Origin: Marsupella aquatica
Taxonomy: Eukaryota > Plantae > Marchantiophyta
NCBI GenBank assembly: GCA_973895155.1
Contig: OZ316895.1
Coordinates: forward strand, 22,022,558-22,086,557
Direction: 5' to 3'
DNA length: 64,000 nt
Positions 1-12,437 of this stretch are shown in pieces. Position 1 is the stretch's first letter. Every line of letters begins with the position of its first letter. The notes under the pieces are model-generated. The model was not told where the DNA came from and did no database searches. It saw nothing but the letters and a program-made list of their open reading frames with translations. The translations under genes and the position numbers were made by a program.

Positions 1-14
1 TCCTGCATTATCAA

Positions 15-260
15 ATGCTGTGGGCTCTATGGATGGGACGAAATGAGCAGATTTTGGAGAAAAAGTTGATCCAAGTCTTTGATTTTGGGCTGGTCCTCTT
101 GGAAACCAAGACTCACCTACGGGCTGCAGGCTGGGGCCTCCCCATTGGTGGGCGGCACATCAGACTGGCTAAGGCTAGGGATCTCATAGCTTTAGAACGA
201 CGACACTGGTTTGCTAGGAGTACTGGCAGAGTCACCTCAGTGGCTGCGTTGCTGGTCTAG
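15..260 (+). mobile_element. Possible degenerate 3' end of a plant L1-type LINE ORF2, the sequence into which the copia element inserted
   Basis: LWALWMGRNEQILEK resembles the W-x-I/L-W-x-x-R-N motif at the C-terminus of plant LINE ORF2. Short and cut by the window edge. Confidence 0.3.
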
Positions 261-412
261 GAGTGATAGTTATTGGAAGAGGTTGAATGGGTAATCTCGC
301 TTTATCGGCTCTAGGGCTCTAAAAGCTGACATGATGTATGGGTCACTCACGTTATGGGCCACTAGGTTTAGTCCCCACTTTTTCATTGTGATTCTGGCCT
401 TTGCCTTTGCCT

Positions 413-833
413 TGTTGAGCATAGACGACGATCGCAACGGCAAGCCCATGAACCATCCAACGCACAATAGTCGACACAAGAGATACGTGGTTCACCTCCT
501 TGAGGCTACGTCCACGGGAACACACAAGAGAGCTTTACTGAACTCTAAGCCCGTCAGCTATACCGAGTCTCCACAGTGTAAGCTCTCCCTATCTCTCAAG
601 TGGCTCCATAACAATGAGCCTTGGTTCTACCTCTCCAAGCACACATGCCTCTTATGATATAGTGTGCAACTTAGTTGTACCTAACCACATAGTTGTACCT
701 AATCACGTAGTTGTACCTAACCACATAGTTGTACCTAATCACGTAGTTGTACCTAACCACGTTGTTGTACCAACCCACGTTGTTGTACCAACCACGTCAT
801 ACCTAACCTAGACGTAAGAGTAAATACCCAACA
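413..833 (-). repeat. 3' LTR (421 bp)
   Basis: Reads tgttgagc...cccaaca on the plus strand. Nearly identical to 6491-6893. Carries 7 units of the 18-bp repeat. Confidence 0.95.
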
Positions 834-849
834 ATCTTCCCCTTGACTC
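834..849 (-). other. Polypurine tract of the copia element
   Basis: Minus-strand GAGTCAAGGGGAAGAT lies directly before the 3' LTR. Confidence 0.85.
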
Positions 850-1023
850 TGGTCTAGGGGAGAGTAATACTGCCAATGTATATGATCCCTCAGCGGGAAG
901 TTCTGGACAAAAACCAAACTGGTTTCCCTCTCTAACTAGAGCAAACCAGAACTAAGCCATAGCCTAATACATAGGAATGAGGAAGAGCATATATCAGTAA
1001 TTACAATAAATATTAAGAAAACT

Positions 1024-4000
1024 CTACTTGTGATGCAATTGCAAAACCTGCAATACGTCACGGTGTCTAGAGAAACTCTCCAAAGGAATCACTTTAGTAA
1101 ATGCGTCAGCCGGGTTGAGTTTACCATCAATCTTGACTAGCTCAAACAAATTATTAGACACAGCCTGCCTGATAAAATGGTACCTGACATCAATGTGCTT
1201 CACTCTGCTGTCCATCACCTGGTTCATAGCAAGGTGGAGCGCACTTTGACTATCACAATGGAGCTTCACATTCCCTTGTGGCAATCCCATTTCAGTGATA
1301 AGTCTATCCAACCAAATCGCTTCCTTTGCTACTTCCGCAGCTGCAACATACTCCGCTTCTGTAGTAGATTGAGCAATACACTTCTACAAAGTAGACCTCC
1401 AACTTATGCATCCACCGCCAAGTGTGAACACGTATCCTGTTGTTGATCTCCTTCGGTCCAAATCTTGTCCATAGTCAGAATCAACATAGCCAATCAATGA
1501 TTTAGCATTCTTTGCATTCGCATCAAATAAAAGACCATGATCCACGGTACCCTTCAAGTACCTGATAATCCACTTCACTGCTTCCCAGTGTACCTTCCCT
1601 GGATTTGACATGTACCTGCTTACCTTACCCATAGCCATGGCAAGATCAGGTCTAGTGCAAGTCATCAAATACATGAGACTCCCCATTGCCTTGTCATACG
1701 GAACCTTTGACATCAACCCCTTCTTTGTGTCATCCGTAGGACACAACGCTGATGATAACTTGAAGTGTGGAGCCAAGGGGGTACTTACTGGCTTGCTATT
1801 CCCCATGTTGAACCTTGCAATTACCTTCCTCGCATAACTGCTTTGCGTCAACCATAGCTTGTCAGCCTCCAAGTCCCTAGTGATCTCCATACCCAAAATC
1901 CTCTTAGCTGGCCCTAAGTCCTTCATCTTAAACTCTACACTAAGCAGTGCCTTGAGCTTAACAATCTCAGACCTATCCTTGGCTGCAATTAGCATATCAT
2001 CCACATAAAGTACTAAAACAATGAACCCAAATATAATATTCTTTACCGATTTCAAATACACACAAGGGTCAAATACACTTCTGTGAAAACCTTGTGACCG
2101 AATCCAATCGTCAAACCGCTTGTTCCACTGTCTTGGTGACTGCTTCAACCCATACAAGGATTTCAGCAATCTGCAAACCAATTCCTCCTGTCCTCTCTTC
2201 ACAAAACCTAGCGGTTGTCTCATGAAGATCACCTCTTCCAATGTGCCATAGAGGAAAGCTGTGACAACATCCATCTGATCTAGCAGCAGACCAAACATTA
2301 CAACAAGTACACACAATAGTCGTATTGTAGAGTACTTAGCAACTGGTGAGAAGACCTCATTGTAATCCACACCTTTCTCTTGTGTGAATCCCTTTGCTAC
2401 CAACCTAGCCTTGTAGACCTTCGATCCACCTCCTATGGAATTATCCTTCAGCTTGTAAATCCACTTGCTGTCCACCACTTGCTGACCCTTAGGCAGCTTA
2501 ACAAGCTCCCAAGTTTTGTTGTCCTTTAGTGACTGCATCTCCGTTTGCATTGCTGCAGTCCACTTCTGCTTCTCCTTTGAAGCACTTGCCTCATGAAATG
2601 AAGAAGGTTCCCCTTCTTCCAAAATTAACGCATCACCCTCATCATCAGCTGTAAAATCATCCTCTTGCAGTTGAGATGAATCAACCCACTGTCTATACCT
2701 TGGTGGAGCGCGTACAGTGCGACCAGATGTTCTTCTAGCCGATGACTCCGGTTGATCTGCGTGTGCTGGTACAATTTGAAGCTCAACAGCATCCACTTGC
2801 TGCTCACCAGCATCAACAAACTCCTCTGGTTCCTCTGGCACAGGAACCAGCTCCATAATTGGAGCAACTCCTTCTCTCCGGTCATGCACCTCATAACCAA
2901 TCTCCCCCTCAACGAGATCCGGGATAGGAGATTTTCCTTTGTCAGTACGGGAGACCTGAGTATTCTCCCCCTCCTTCAATAATCTGGATTCATTGAAGGA
3001 AACATCCCTACTGACAACGAGCTTACAGACAATAGGATCCCATAGCCCATAGGCTTTCACACCACTCTGGTACCCAAGAAAAACACATTTCTTGGAGGTA
3101 GGATCCAACTTGGTCCTATTCTACTTCGGTGTGAGAGCATATGCATCACTTCCAAAAACTACCAAGCCATGATAGTCTGCTTGCCGCTTATAGCGCATCT
3201 CAAACGGCGTTTTGAAATTGATAGCACTAGAAGGAGAAAGATTTACCAAATAAGCTGCGGTATTGACAACTTCTGCCCAAAATTCTTGTGGTAAACCTGA
3301 TTGGCTCAACATACTCCGTGACCGCTCCAACAGTGTCCGATTGAGCCTCTCAGCGACACCATTTTACTGCGGAGTATAAACTGTGGTGAGATGGCGAGTT
3401 ATCCCCTGTTCTGAACAGTACTCTTCAAATTCCATTGAAGTGTACTCCCCGCCGTTGTCTGACCTCAGACTCTTCACCCTTGTATCCAAACACTTGATCG
3501 TGTTTCCAGTCTGATTCTCCACCTGGGCCTTCCATTTCTTAAAAATGGACAAGACATCAGACTTATGCGTCATGAAATAAATCCACACAAATTTTGAGTA
3601 ATCATCAATAAATGATACATAGTACAACTTTCCAGAGTGTGAGGGAGTCGGGGATGGACCCCACACGTCACTATGTATGTACTCAAGAACCGCTTTGGAA
3701 CGATGAGTTCCAACACCAAAAGCATGACGATGCTGCTTTCCAAGAATGCAATGCTCACAAAACTCTAATTTATAAGATTGCAAATCAGAAATGAGTCCAT
3801 TCTTCCGTAAGATAGCCAAACCCTTCTCACTCATGTGGCCTAGCCGTGAATGCCACAGTTGAGTCATCTCCTCGTGAGACTTGGTTACATTGGCCTCTCC
3901 ACATACAGTATTGCCCTGTAACACATACAAATTCTTTTGTCTACTCCCCTTCAAAATCACTATCTCTCCCGACCTGACTTGAAGTTCACCATCAATAACG

Positions 4001-5337
4001 CTCCATTGATGACCATTTGAATCCAACACACCGAGTGAAATCAGATTCTTACGCATGCCAGGTACATACCTGACTCCGGACACTGTGCGCACAGCGCCAT
4101 CAAACATTTGAATCTTCACAGACCCAATTCCCTCAATTTGACAGGAGTGATCATTTCCCATCAGAACTGAACCGTTTGAAACAGAGTAAGAACTGAAAAA
4201 CTCACGAATGTAACAAATATGAAAAGAGCAAGCACAATCAAAAATCCACACATCATCTGCTCTCCTAGATAATGTGCACAGGGCATACTCCCGGCTTCAT
4301 AAAACATACTCATCATTGAGTAAATCAACTTCTTCATCAGCCCTAGCCACATTTGCCGATGAAGTTTCCGCTGCCTTTCCCTTACAGTCTCGCTTGAAGT
4401 GTCCAACTTGGTTGCACTTCCAACATGTTACCTGCCTCCTCTGAGGGGATTTACCCTTGGACTTAGATCTGGATTTAGATCTAAATTGGGTTCTACGGTC
4501 CCCAGTTGGTCGCTGCATACTTCTCCCACGGTTAACATTGAGGGCAGCACCAGATGATGAAGGCTGTGACGTGATGTGCATCTTCTGCTAAAGATCATCA
4601 CTAAGCAGAGAACTTACCACGTCATTGTATGAAATGGTATCCCTATCACGATGCAACAACACTCGTGATAGGGACTGGTAAGATGGAGGCAATGAACTAA
4701 GAAGCTGCAGAGCCTTCGTCTCATCATTCAAAGTCTCCCCAAGGTTTTCCAAGTCAACGACCATGTCGTTGAAAGCATCCACATGGTCTTGCAACTTCGT
4801 ACCGGATTCCTTCATCTTGAAACTCATCAGTTTGTAGGAAGTGTAGAGCCGGTTCGACAACTCCTTGCGGTGATACTTGCTCTGCAATTCCGCAAACAAG
4901 GACATGCAATCCTTATGTGCACCCAACTGCTTGATGATGGGAGGCATGAGATAGAGTGTAACACACCACACTCCCTGCTCCTGCATGCGGTCCCATTGTT
5001 TCTCATCAACATCGTCTTCACGAGGGCTCAGCAGTTGGCCAATCCCTAACGCATAGAGCACTCCCTTCACCTGCTTCTCCCATAGCAAGTAGTCAGAGCG
5101 CCCATCATACTTTGTCACTTCATACTTGGGTCCCCCAAGCTTGAAAGTCCCCATCTTCTTCTTTGGCACTACCGTGAGCTCCGGTAGTAGTACTGCTTCC
5201 TCCACCACACGCCGCACCGGTGATGGTATCGGTGTCACGTGCTCTTCCTCCTGCTCCTCTCTCTGCCCCAGAAACCTCCGCGGTGATCCTCGTGCTTCAA
5301 GTTCCACGTCTTCGAAAAACTCCTCTGAATCACTCAT
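1024..5337 (-). pseudogene. Copia gag-pol polyprotein, one reading frame broken by five in-frame stops
   Basis: ORFs 4588-5337, 4297-4581, 3364-4251, 3121-3330, 1384-3108 and 1024-1311 share one frame. Motifs: zinc knuckle CWKCNQVGHFKRDC, protease WIFDCACSFH, WHSRLGH...CEHC, integrase HSDVWG and RSDNGGEY, RT KARLVAKGF and LYVDDML, RNase H GYVDSD and KHIDVRYHFIR. Confidence 0.95.
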
Positions 5338-6476
5338 ATGAGAAAATCACAAAAAATGTTGTTTTTCACAACTTCTCAAAAAACTCGAAACTCAACACCG
5401 CCGCATAGCCCACAAAGCTAGGAGTCCAATACTGAAAACCAAAATCAAAATCGAAATTTGACGGAAAAGTTATTCAAATTTCCGTCGAGGTGGGTAAAAC
5501 CTTGGGAAACTCCCCCGTTTTGACCACCTCAGGGAATAACCGAAATACCAAGTACAACCCGTTGTCGGAATTGCGATGTGATTGGTGCGCCGCGTTGCCA
5601 ACTTCAATGGCTACGATCTCGCCAAAAAATAACCAAAAAAGTTACCGTTTGGCGGATGAAATCTTTGTCGGACGGTCAAAAAATAGCTCTCTGGTTTTTT
5701 GGAATATTCTATGACCCTTGTACAGGCCCTGTGAGAATTTTGGAAGAACAATCGAGGGGCTGACACGTGTCCTCGAACCCCCAAAACCCCCTACCACCCT
5801 TCGTCGTCGAAATCTGGTCGCGCGCGCAGAAAATACACACGGCAGAATGTACCCCTCGACACCAAACGCAAGATATCTCACTCGGGTTTTGACGAAATCA
5901 AGATCTGATTTCAGATTTGGAAACCAGACTCCGAGGCGATGAGGATCGATATAAGAAGCACCCAAAACGAGGAAAGAATGAGGGAGAAAAAAATTGGTAA
6001 AGATGACAGATTTCTCTCAATTGCCATAGCCAATTTCGAATCAGTTTTTCAAAGAAAAAAAATGGTACCTTGTCAACAACGAATGTTGATCAATTGCACT
6101 TGGTGCCGTCACCAAGTCCAACAAGGTAATTGATTTTTGCTTAGCCTTCCTCTTTGCATCAAAGAGCCAATCCCGGACTCAAAACAATCGTCTTGCCTCA
6201 ATCTCTCCGTTGAGTCAAAACACTTGACGCTTCTCCCTCCGAGTCGATTGCCAACTTTCTTCACAAAATCCAGAACGACAAAAACTTAGATCTCTCTACA
6301 CCACGAGCTCCGTTCAGCAATTTCTTCACACCGTTAGAAAGCTCTTGCCCTGATCTATCCGTTGAGCCAATAAACTCCAAGTTCCATGCGACGGAACTCT
6401 GGGAAATCCACCGACACTTAACGCTGGAAAAACCGTCATGAAATCCCGTCACGAACACACGTCACCTCCCAAGCAT

Positions 6477-6488
6477 GCTCTGATACCA
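6477..6488 (-). other. Primer binding site, tRNA-iMet
   Basis: Minus-strand TGGTATCAGAGC, 2 nt inside the 5' LTR. Confidence 0.93.
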
Positions 6489-6490
6489 AT

Positions 6491-6893
6491 TGCTGAGCAT
6501 AGACGACGATCGCAACGGCAAGCCCATGAACCATCCAACGCACAATAGTCGACACAAGAGATACGTGGTTCACTTCCTTGAGGCTACGTCCACGGGAACA
6601 CACAAGAGAGCTTTACTGAACTCTAAGCCCGTCAGCTATACCGAGTCTCCACAGTGTAAGCTCTCCCTATCTCTCAAGTGGCTCCATAACAACGAGCCTT
6701 GGTTCTACCTCTCCAAGCACACATGCCTCTTATGATATAGTGTGCAACTTAGTTGTACCTAACCACATAGTTGTACCTAATCACGTAGTTGTACCTAATC
6801 ACGTAGTTGTACCTAACCACATAGTTGTACCAACCCACGTTGTTGTACCAACCACGTCATACCTAACCTAGACGTAAGAGTAAATACCCAACA
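6491..6893 (-). repeat. 5' LTR (403 bp)
   Basis: Reads tgctgagc...cccaaca on the plus strand. Six units of the 18-bp repeat, one fewer than the other LTR. Confidence 0.95.
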
Positions 6894-9288
6894 TGCCTGC
6901 TGGCCTCCCTGAGGGAGTTGTTCTGATATGTCTATGGGGCTGTTTGCTTCCCCCCGGCCGTGGGGTTTTCGCGGTCTCACCTTTTTATTATAATTTTTTT
7001 TTCCCAGGAAGACCAAAGAAGACTTTGGTCATAGTATCCAAAATCTCATTCTATATGATTTTCAATTTCAACAACAATCCAACCACAATAATCTCCAACG
7101 ACAAATGTACTACCGGACTAGACTGTCCAGTCCATCACTGTATCTCCCGGACCAGTAACCAATTCTAAGACTGTTTGCACAAAACCAACAGGTGGTTGCA
7201 AATGCCTAGCAAATTGAAGATCTGGTGTCTGATGATTTCTTAAAGCAGGCAACCCAATGAGGCTTGTAATGGAAAGGTACTCTGTAGTTGAAAGCTGTCA
7301 AAATTTGGGGTCCTTGGGAACCCTTCCTTTTGAGAAAACCCCCAAAAAACATTAAACTTAAGAGTGAACATCTGCAGAAAGAATTAAGTTTACATCCACT
7401 AACTATCACCCAAAAGGAGCTCTCACTCAAGTACTCAAAACTCATAGTGTGTTTGGGGTCCGAATGGTCCCCAAACAGCTCAGCTCGTCCCATGACCTAA
7501 CCAGCTCTCAACATCAGTCTAAGTTCTGGTGTGTATCACCAGCTCAGCGCTTTGCTTGTGGAACGCTTCATTCCACAAGTCTCCCCCTACTTAGTCCCCA
7601 CCAGATGGCCATATATCCCAGGGGCCTAGACCATAGAGGAGCTTGCGTTGGAGTTAGCAACACCGGAACTAAGTGGTAGGGTTGTCGAGTTCCGCAACTG
7701 CACTACTTAAACTCAAAACAAATTACTAGTCAATAATGCTTCTTTTGGTTGAATAACAAATTACTTTATGAATCTCAAGAGGCTAGAGATCTGGATGATG
7801 GGCCACCAATATGACGTAGGCAGTTTCCTTTATGGATCTCAACAGCGAACGAGATGCCTTCTCCAAGAACCAAAAATGCACATCGAGAGAGAGCATCAAT
7901 CTATTATTCTGGAGGGTGCCCACTGTTTTTCCAATCCACGCTCACCCAACTACAGTACTGTACACGAAAGAAGGAACCGACCCAGCAAACGAACGTTCGT
8001 GGCAATCAAGTATCCGTTTGTTGGAAATGGCGATCATCTCCTATGACGTGCTCATGTCTTCTTAATTGCTTTTGTGGGAAGGCATTGTCTCTCCTCCACT
8101 CTCACCGGAAATAATGAGAACCAGCTTGCAAAGAAAAAGTGAGACCAATTCTCTTTTGATATGAGAGGGCCTCGTCAACGTTGGATGTCCCTCTGGAGCC
8201 TGTTTCTCCGCTCACACGGTTGAAGCAAAAGCTTCACAGGAAATGTAGCTTCGTGGATGTTGTTGGGGATCAGCTGAAGAGCTGGATTCTAGGGAGAGAG
8301 AGTGTGAGTTTGCTGAAATTGTGTTACTCCACGAGAAACCGAGTGTGACGCCATTTAGTGGGTTGGAAATTGCATGGAAAGGGAGGAGGGATGGTGATTC
8401 ATATTGAATAATCAGAAGCATTTGTCATCCGTGATTTACAACGAGGAACGCAATACGAGAAACAAATTTCGTGGATGACGTGAGAAGCGGACGAGGGATA
8501 AATGAGTACAGTAATTTACTTTGCAGGCCCGCATTGTTCACTGCTGTTCCGTCCAAGAACACGAAACCGAAAGAACTGTCTTGCAAAATTGAATGGTGGA
8601 CGAGAGGAGTTTGCGACACGATTTCCAGTATCGAGAGACTTGTAGAGCGATGGTGCGTGTGGAAGAAGACATGCGGAGTTGAAGGCGAGGAGCTAAAGGT
8701 CAGCTCCAAATGCAGGCAGATTGAATGAATGTAAGTAACTAGAGAGAGAGAGAGGGCGAGAAAAACGTGATGTAAGAAATTATCAGAACGCTGTGAACGA
8801 GCTGGACGGCGAACACGATTCTCATTATGGAGGAAGCAGGCAGCACTCGTGGCAGGGGCTGGAGATGACATCGTCATGTAGAGTAATGAGGACTCGTTTT
8901 CGCTAGTCCTATCATTTGTCCGAGCTTCATCGATCTGGGAATCCATTGGCCTAAATGTCTACCAAGAAATGGGTCGCTGAGGAAGAAAGCGAATCTTTCC
9001 CCTAGCCAGCAGCTATCACAATTGGGATTGCAAATGGGGACCTCAGGAAATAGCAGTCTTGGTTTCCCCTCCTAGTAAGCTGGTCGCTGTTAGAGTGCTA
9101 GAAAAAATTAAGATTCGCTCCTGCAGCACAAGGCAACTATCACAGTTGAGTTTGCAGATGACATTCTCGTTAAACAACAGCGGGAGCCTTCGTTTCCAAA
9201 GTGCCAGACAAGAGTACGTTGTGGATCGAAGATTTGGGAACTCATTTTCTATCGTTTTATCTCATTCAAGTCTTGAGGGAAAACGAGT

Positions 9289-10698
9289 ATGGAACACTTA
9301 CGAGGAGGAGGAGCACAACAGAAGATGGAGCTGGTGGAGAGGTTGAGGAGGGAGGATCACCTCCGTGTTAAGCACGACAAGCTTTTCTCAGATTGGAAGA
9401 TCTTGGTCGGTCCAGCCGATTGGGAGGGTCACACAGCTGGAAAGGAGGGCTCGCAAAGATACAGGCTCCACAATTTGCCAGCCTCTTACTTCGGGCCAGG
9501 CGTTTACGAATTGGGCTTGACTAAGCAACATACTAGCACTCCTCCTGAGGATTCCAAGCAACAGAAACTCAAAAGACATGCTGTGGTGGTCGTATACCTA
9601 GGCCAGGCTGACAATGTCCGTCACCGACTCCAAAGATATGGCCAGACGGGATCTCACTTGGAAGGTACTAGATCCGGTCTCGTTTTTGAGATAGAAGAGA
9701 ACATGGAGCAGCAGAAATCAGGGGTTATGACAGCCAAGCTGAGAGGACGGTTTGCACCAAGGCCTCGAGTTGAGAAAGCAAGAGGTAATACAGAGACCAG
9801 CAGCAGTATGCAAGAGGGGCTCAAGCTTTTCACCGAGGTCTTTTCTAGAGGGTATTCAATTGCTTTCAGATGGGCCAGGACAGAGAGCAAGCAGATGGCT
9901 GAAAAGGTAGAATCCGAGCTGCTTCATGTGTTTGACTATCCTTGGAACACCTCCCTGAATGGGGCTCGACGGCCTCGAGACATTCTCACCAAACTGGACA
10001 TGCTGCAGTACCAACTGGAGAGGAGTTTGTGCCTGGGACCAGTCTTGGGTTCCGGCTGGAGAAAGTGGGAGTATTTCGGCAGGAAGGTTGGTATTTCTGT
10101 GCCTTTGAGAAAGCCCACAACAACTGCTCCAACGCGGGCTAAAGTCTCCACAACCTTTTTCTTGTCTTCCACTAAAGGAGGAGCTGCAGAGGATGATGGT
10201 GGGGGTGCTAGCTTGGTTTGTGGTGTGCTTCTGCCTAATGGATCAACCTGTGGCACTCCTCCTGTGAAAGGACGCAGGCGTTGTGAAGACCACAAAGGTC
10301 AAAGAGCCAAGGTTTTCACCAGGAAAATTCGAACCAGAATACCCCCAATTCAGCAGCAGTCAGAAGAACACAACCATGCTGAAATGGGCAGCAGCACAGG
10401 CAGAAGCAGGGCCAGCAGCAAACCAGCAGTTGTGATCATTAAAGCACAAATGCAGGGTAAGAGAGTGGAGATCACCGATGTCTCCACTGATGGGTTGGTA
10501 GGAGTTTGTGGAGCAAGTGTGGACGGTGGGGCCCCATGTTTGAGCCGACCTGTGCAAGGGAGGAAGCGCTGCGCAGCCCACAAAGGATTACGCACATCAT
10601 CCAAGAGCAATCCAAAAGCGGCCTCATTTGCAGACAAAGATGCCGTGTGGTCAAGCCTTTCAAGGAGAAATGGTGGCCGGTTCGTTGATCAAGTCTGA
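9289..10698 (+). CDS. EFFECTOR OF TRANSCRIPTION (ET/HRT)-family protein: GIY-YIG-like domain plus two Cys/His ET repeats; single exon
   Basis: 469-aa ORF with HDKLFSDWKILVGPADW, RYRLHNLP, PGVYELG and VVYLGQADNVRHRLQRYG. Two ET repeats: CGVLLPNGSTCGTPPVKGRRRCEDHKG and CGASVDGGAPCLSRPVQGRKRCAAHKG. Confidence 0.9.
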   Translation: MEHLRGGGAQQKMELVERLRREDHLRVKHDKLFSDWKILVGPADWEGHTAGKEGSQRYRLHNLPASYFGPGVYELGLTKQHTSTPPEDSKQQKLKRHAVVVVYLGQADNVRHRLQRYGQTGSHLEGTRSGLVFEIEENMEQQKSGVMTAKLRGRFAPRPRVEKARGNTETSSSMQEGLKLFTEVFSRGYSIAFRWARTESKQMAEKVESELLHVFDYPWNTSLNGARRPRDILTKLDMLQYQLERSLCLGPVLGSGWRKWEYFGRKVGISVPLRKPTTTAPTRAKVSTTFFLSSTKGGAAEDDGGGASLVCGVLLPNGSTCGTPPVKGRRRCEDHKGQRAKVFTRKIRTRIPPIQQQSEEHNHAEMGSSTGRSRASSKPAVVIIKAQMQGKRVEITDVSTDGLVGVCGASVDGGAPCLSRPVQGRKRCAAHKGLRTSSKSNPKAASFADKDAVWSSLSRRNGGRFVDQV

Positions 10699-12039
10699 GG
10701 AGAAAGTGGAAGGTGAACTACTCTCGTGGTTAATCCATCAAGTCAACGCTTTACCGTAATTTGAGAGTCCTCACCGATCCGGCTAACTGCTGGCTATACT
10801 TCCTAAAACTGATTTTGGCTGAATTCCACATCTCTTGCTCTAGATGTATGTCTTGTATTTGCCACAAGCAGATGGTATAGTATGGCCTTTTTTGGGAGGA
10901 CAGTATGTGTCATATGTTGTAATCATCAGATGTCGTAGGGATTATAATGCCATGGCTAGATGTAAGAAAACAGCAGAGGGTACGAATTCAGGGGTGGGAA
11001 ATCATTTTTGAAGTTAATCTTCACATTTGGCTCTAGCAACCGTTGTTTGGTTACTGTGAAGGTTCTGTAAGTTCGTGAATCCCTAGGAGACAGTGTGAGA
11101 AGTAGTAGCAGCCGCAGTTACTGTAGTTCCATCCCCTGAGACGACCAACCAAGTCACTTTGTGAATTTGGCAAGAATTGCTGGTCTCATCTGGGTAGTGG
11201 TTGTCGGTCCGTCCAGCAATCATGTGGTCTGGTTTTGGCAAAATTTTCTGCACGACCACAAATGTTTTATTACAGTCTGAAGTTTATAGGCATTCTTCTT
11301 CTGAACGCCTTCATCTGCTATTCTTTAGTTCCAGAGGGATGTCAATGGGGATGCTGATCTATGCCGATTGTGGGCTTTATGTCAATTTTGGAACTATTAT
11401 CCAAAACAACAACTGGCAGTCACAGTTGAAGAAGTGCATCAATTGATTCAACCTGTAAAGAAGAAGAGATCAAATTTACCCAAAGTGTCCTAACAAATAC
11501 GACGAGAGAGAAATGGAAAACGTCCTGTCGAACCAAGGAAAAAAACAGGATCAAAGAGAAGAACTAGTGATACTGTGATGATGCAGTCAAACATCGTCAA
11601 CACGATCAGAAAGAACTTACTCCAAGGATAGTTCACCAGCCCCTCACCCTCGGCCACTCCATCAAAGTGACAAAAAACCAACACAGCTGCCACACGAAAG
11701 GATTGGAAGAGCTGAAATGGAGGTAAGTAGAGCACGGGATTGGTTCTCAAGATCCATAACTCCATGTTACCAACTTGTGCTTGCTTTCTTGTTAACTGCG
11801 ATTGAAACAATGGGTAAAAGGCCGTATTCCATTACGCTGGCCCCCAAGGCCCTGACCCTTTTCAAGATTGGTGCAGAGAGTCGGGACCCTTCGCATGTTT
11901 CGGGTGATCAACACACAATACTAACAAGTCGAGGAACTCTCGGCGAGCCTTCCGCAGACTGCAGAATGTCCGGGTTTGCAGAGAAGAAGGCTCAAGTACT
12001 GATATGATCTGCTGTGTGTGGAGAATTGGTCCTCGTCCA

Positions 12040-12437
12040 ACTGTCACTCACTTCAAGGTAGCTCCTTTCTAGTAGTATCGGAATTCTCATTGACATAAAG
12101 AAGATGGGCAAGAAATTATTTAGCCAATTCGATGGATTCTTTTATCTAAGAGCACCAGTTTATTATCGTCCTACTGTCACTCACTTCAAGGTAGCTCCTT
12201 TCTAGTAGTATCGGAATTCTCATTGACATAAAGAAGATGGGCAAGAAATTATTTAGCCAATTCGATGGATTCTTTTATCTAAGAGCACCAGTTTATTATC
12301 GTCCTACTGTCACTCACTTCAAGGTAGCTCCTTTCTAGTAGTATCGGAATTCTCATTGACATAAAGAAGATGGGCAAGAAATTATTTAGCCAATTCGATG
12401 GATTCTTTTATCTAAGAGCACAGTTTATTATCGTCCT
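12040..12437. repeat. Tandem repeat, 3 x 133 bp, near-identical
   Basis: ctgtcactcacttcaaggtagc... recurs at 12041, 12174 and 12307. Confidence 0.95.

Larger units (their letters stand above)
413..6893 (-). mobile_element. Full-length Ty1/copia LTR retrotransposon (non-autonomous because of nonsense mutations)
   Basis: Direct LTRs 413-833 and 6491-6893 with TG...CA ends. 5-bp TSD TGCCT at 408-412 and 6894-6898. PBS and PPT present. Domain order on the minus strand is gag-PR-INT-RT-RNaseH. Confidence 0.97.

Noticed and set aside
672-797. CRISPR-like regular repeats here and at 12040-12437 and 25010-25668
   Set aside because: Head-to-tail units with no unique spacers, in a eukaryotic context with no cas genes.
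1384-4590. U-to-C RNA editing as the explanation for the copia stop codons
   Set aside because: Such editing is established for organellar transcripts only. DNA C-to-T mutation is simpler.
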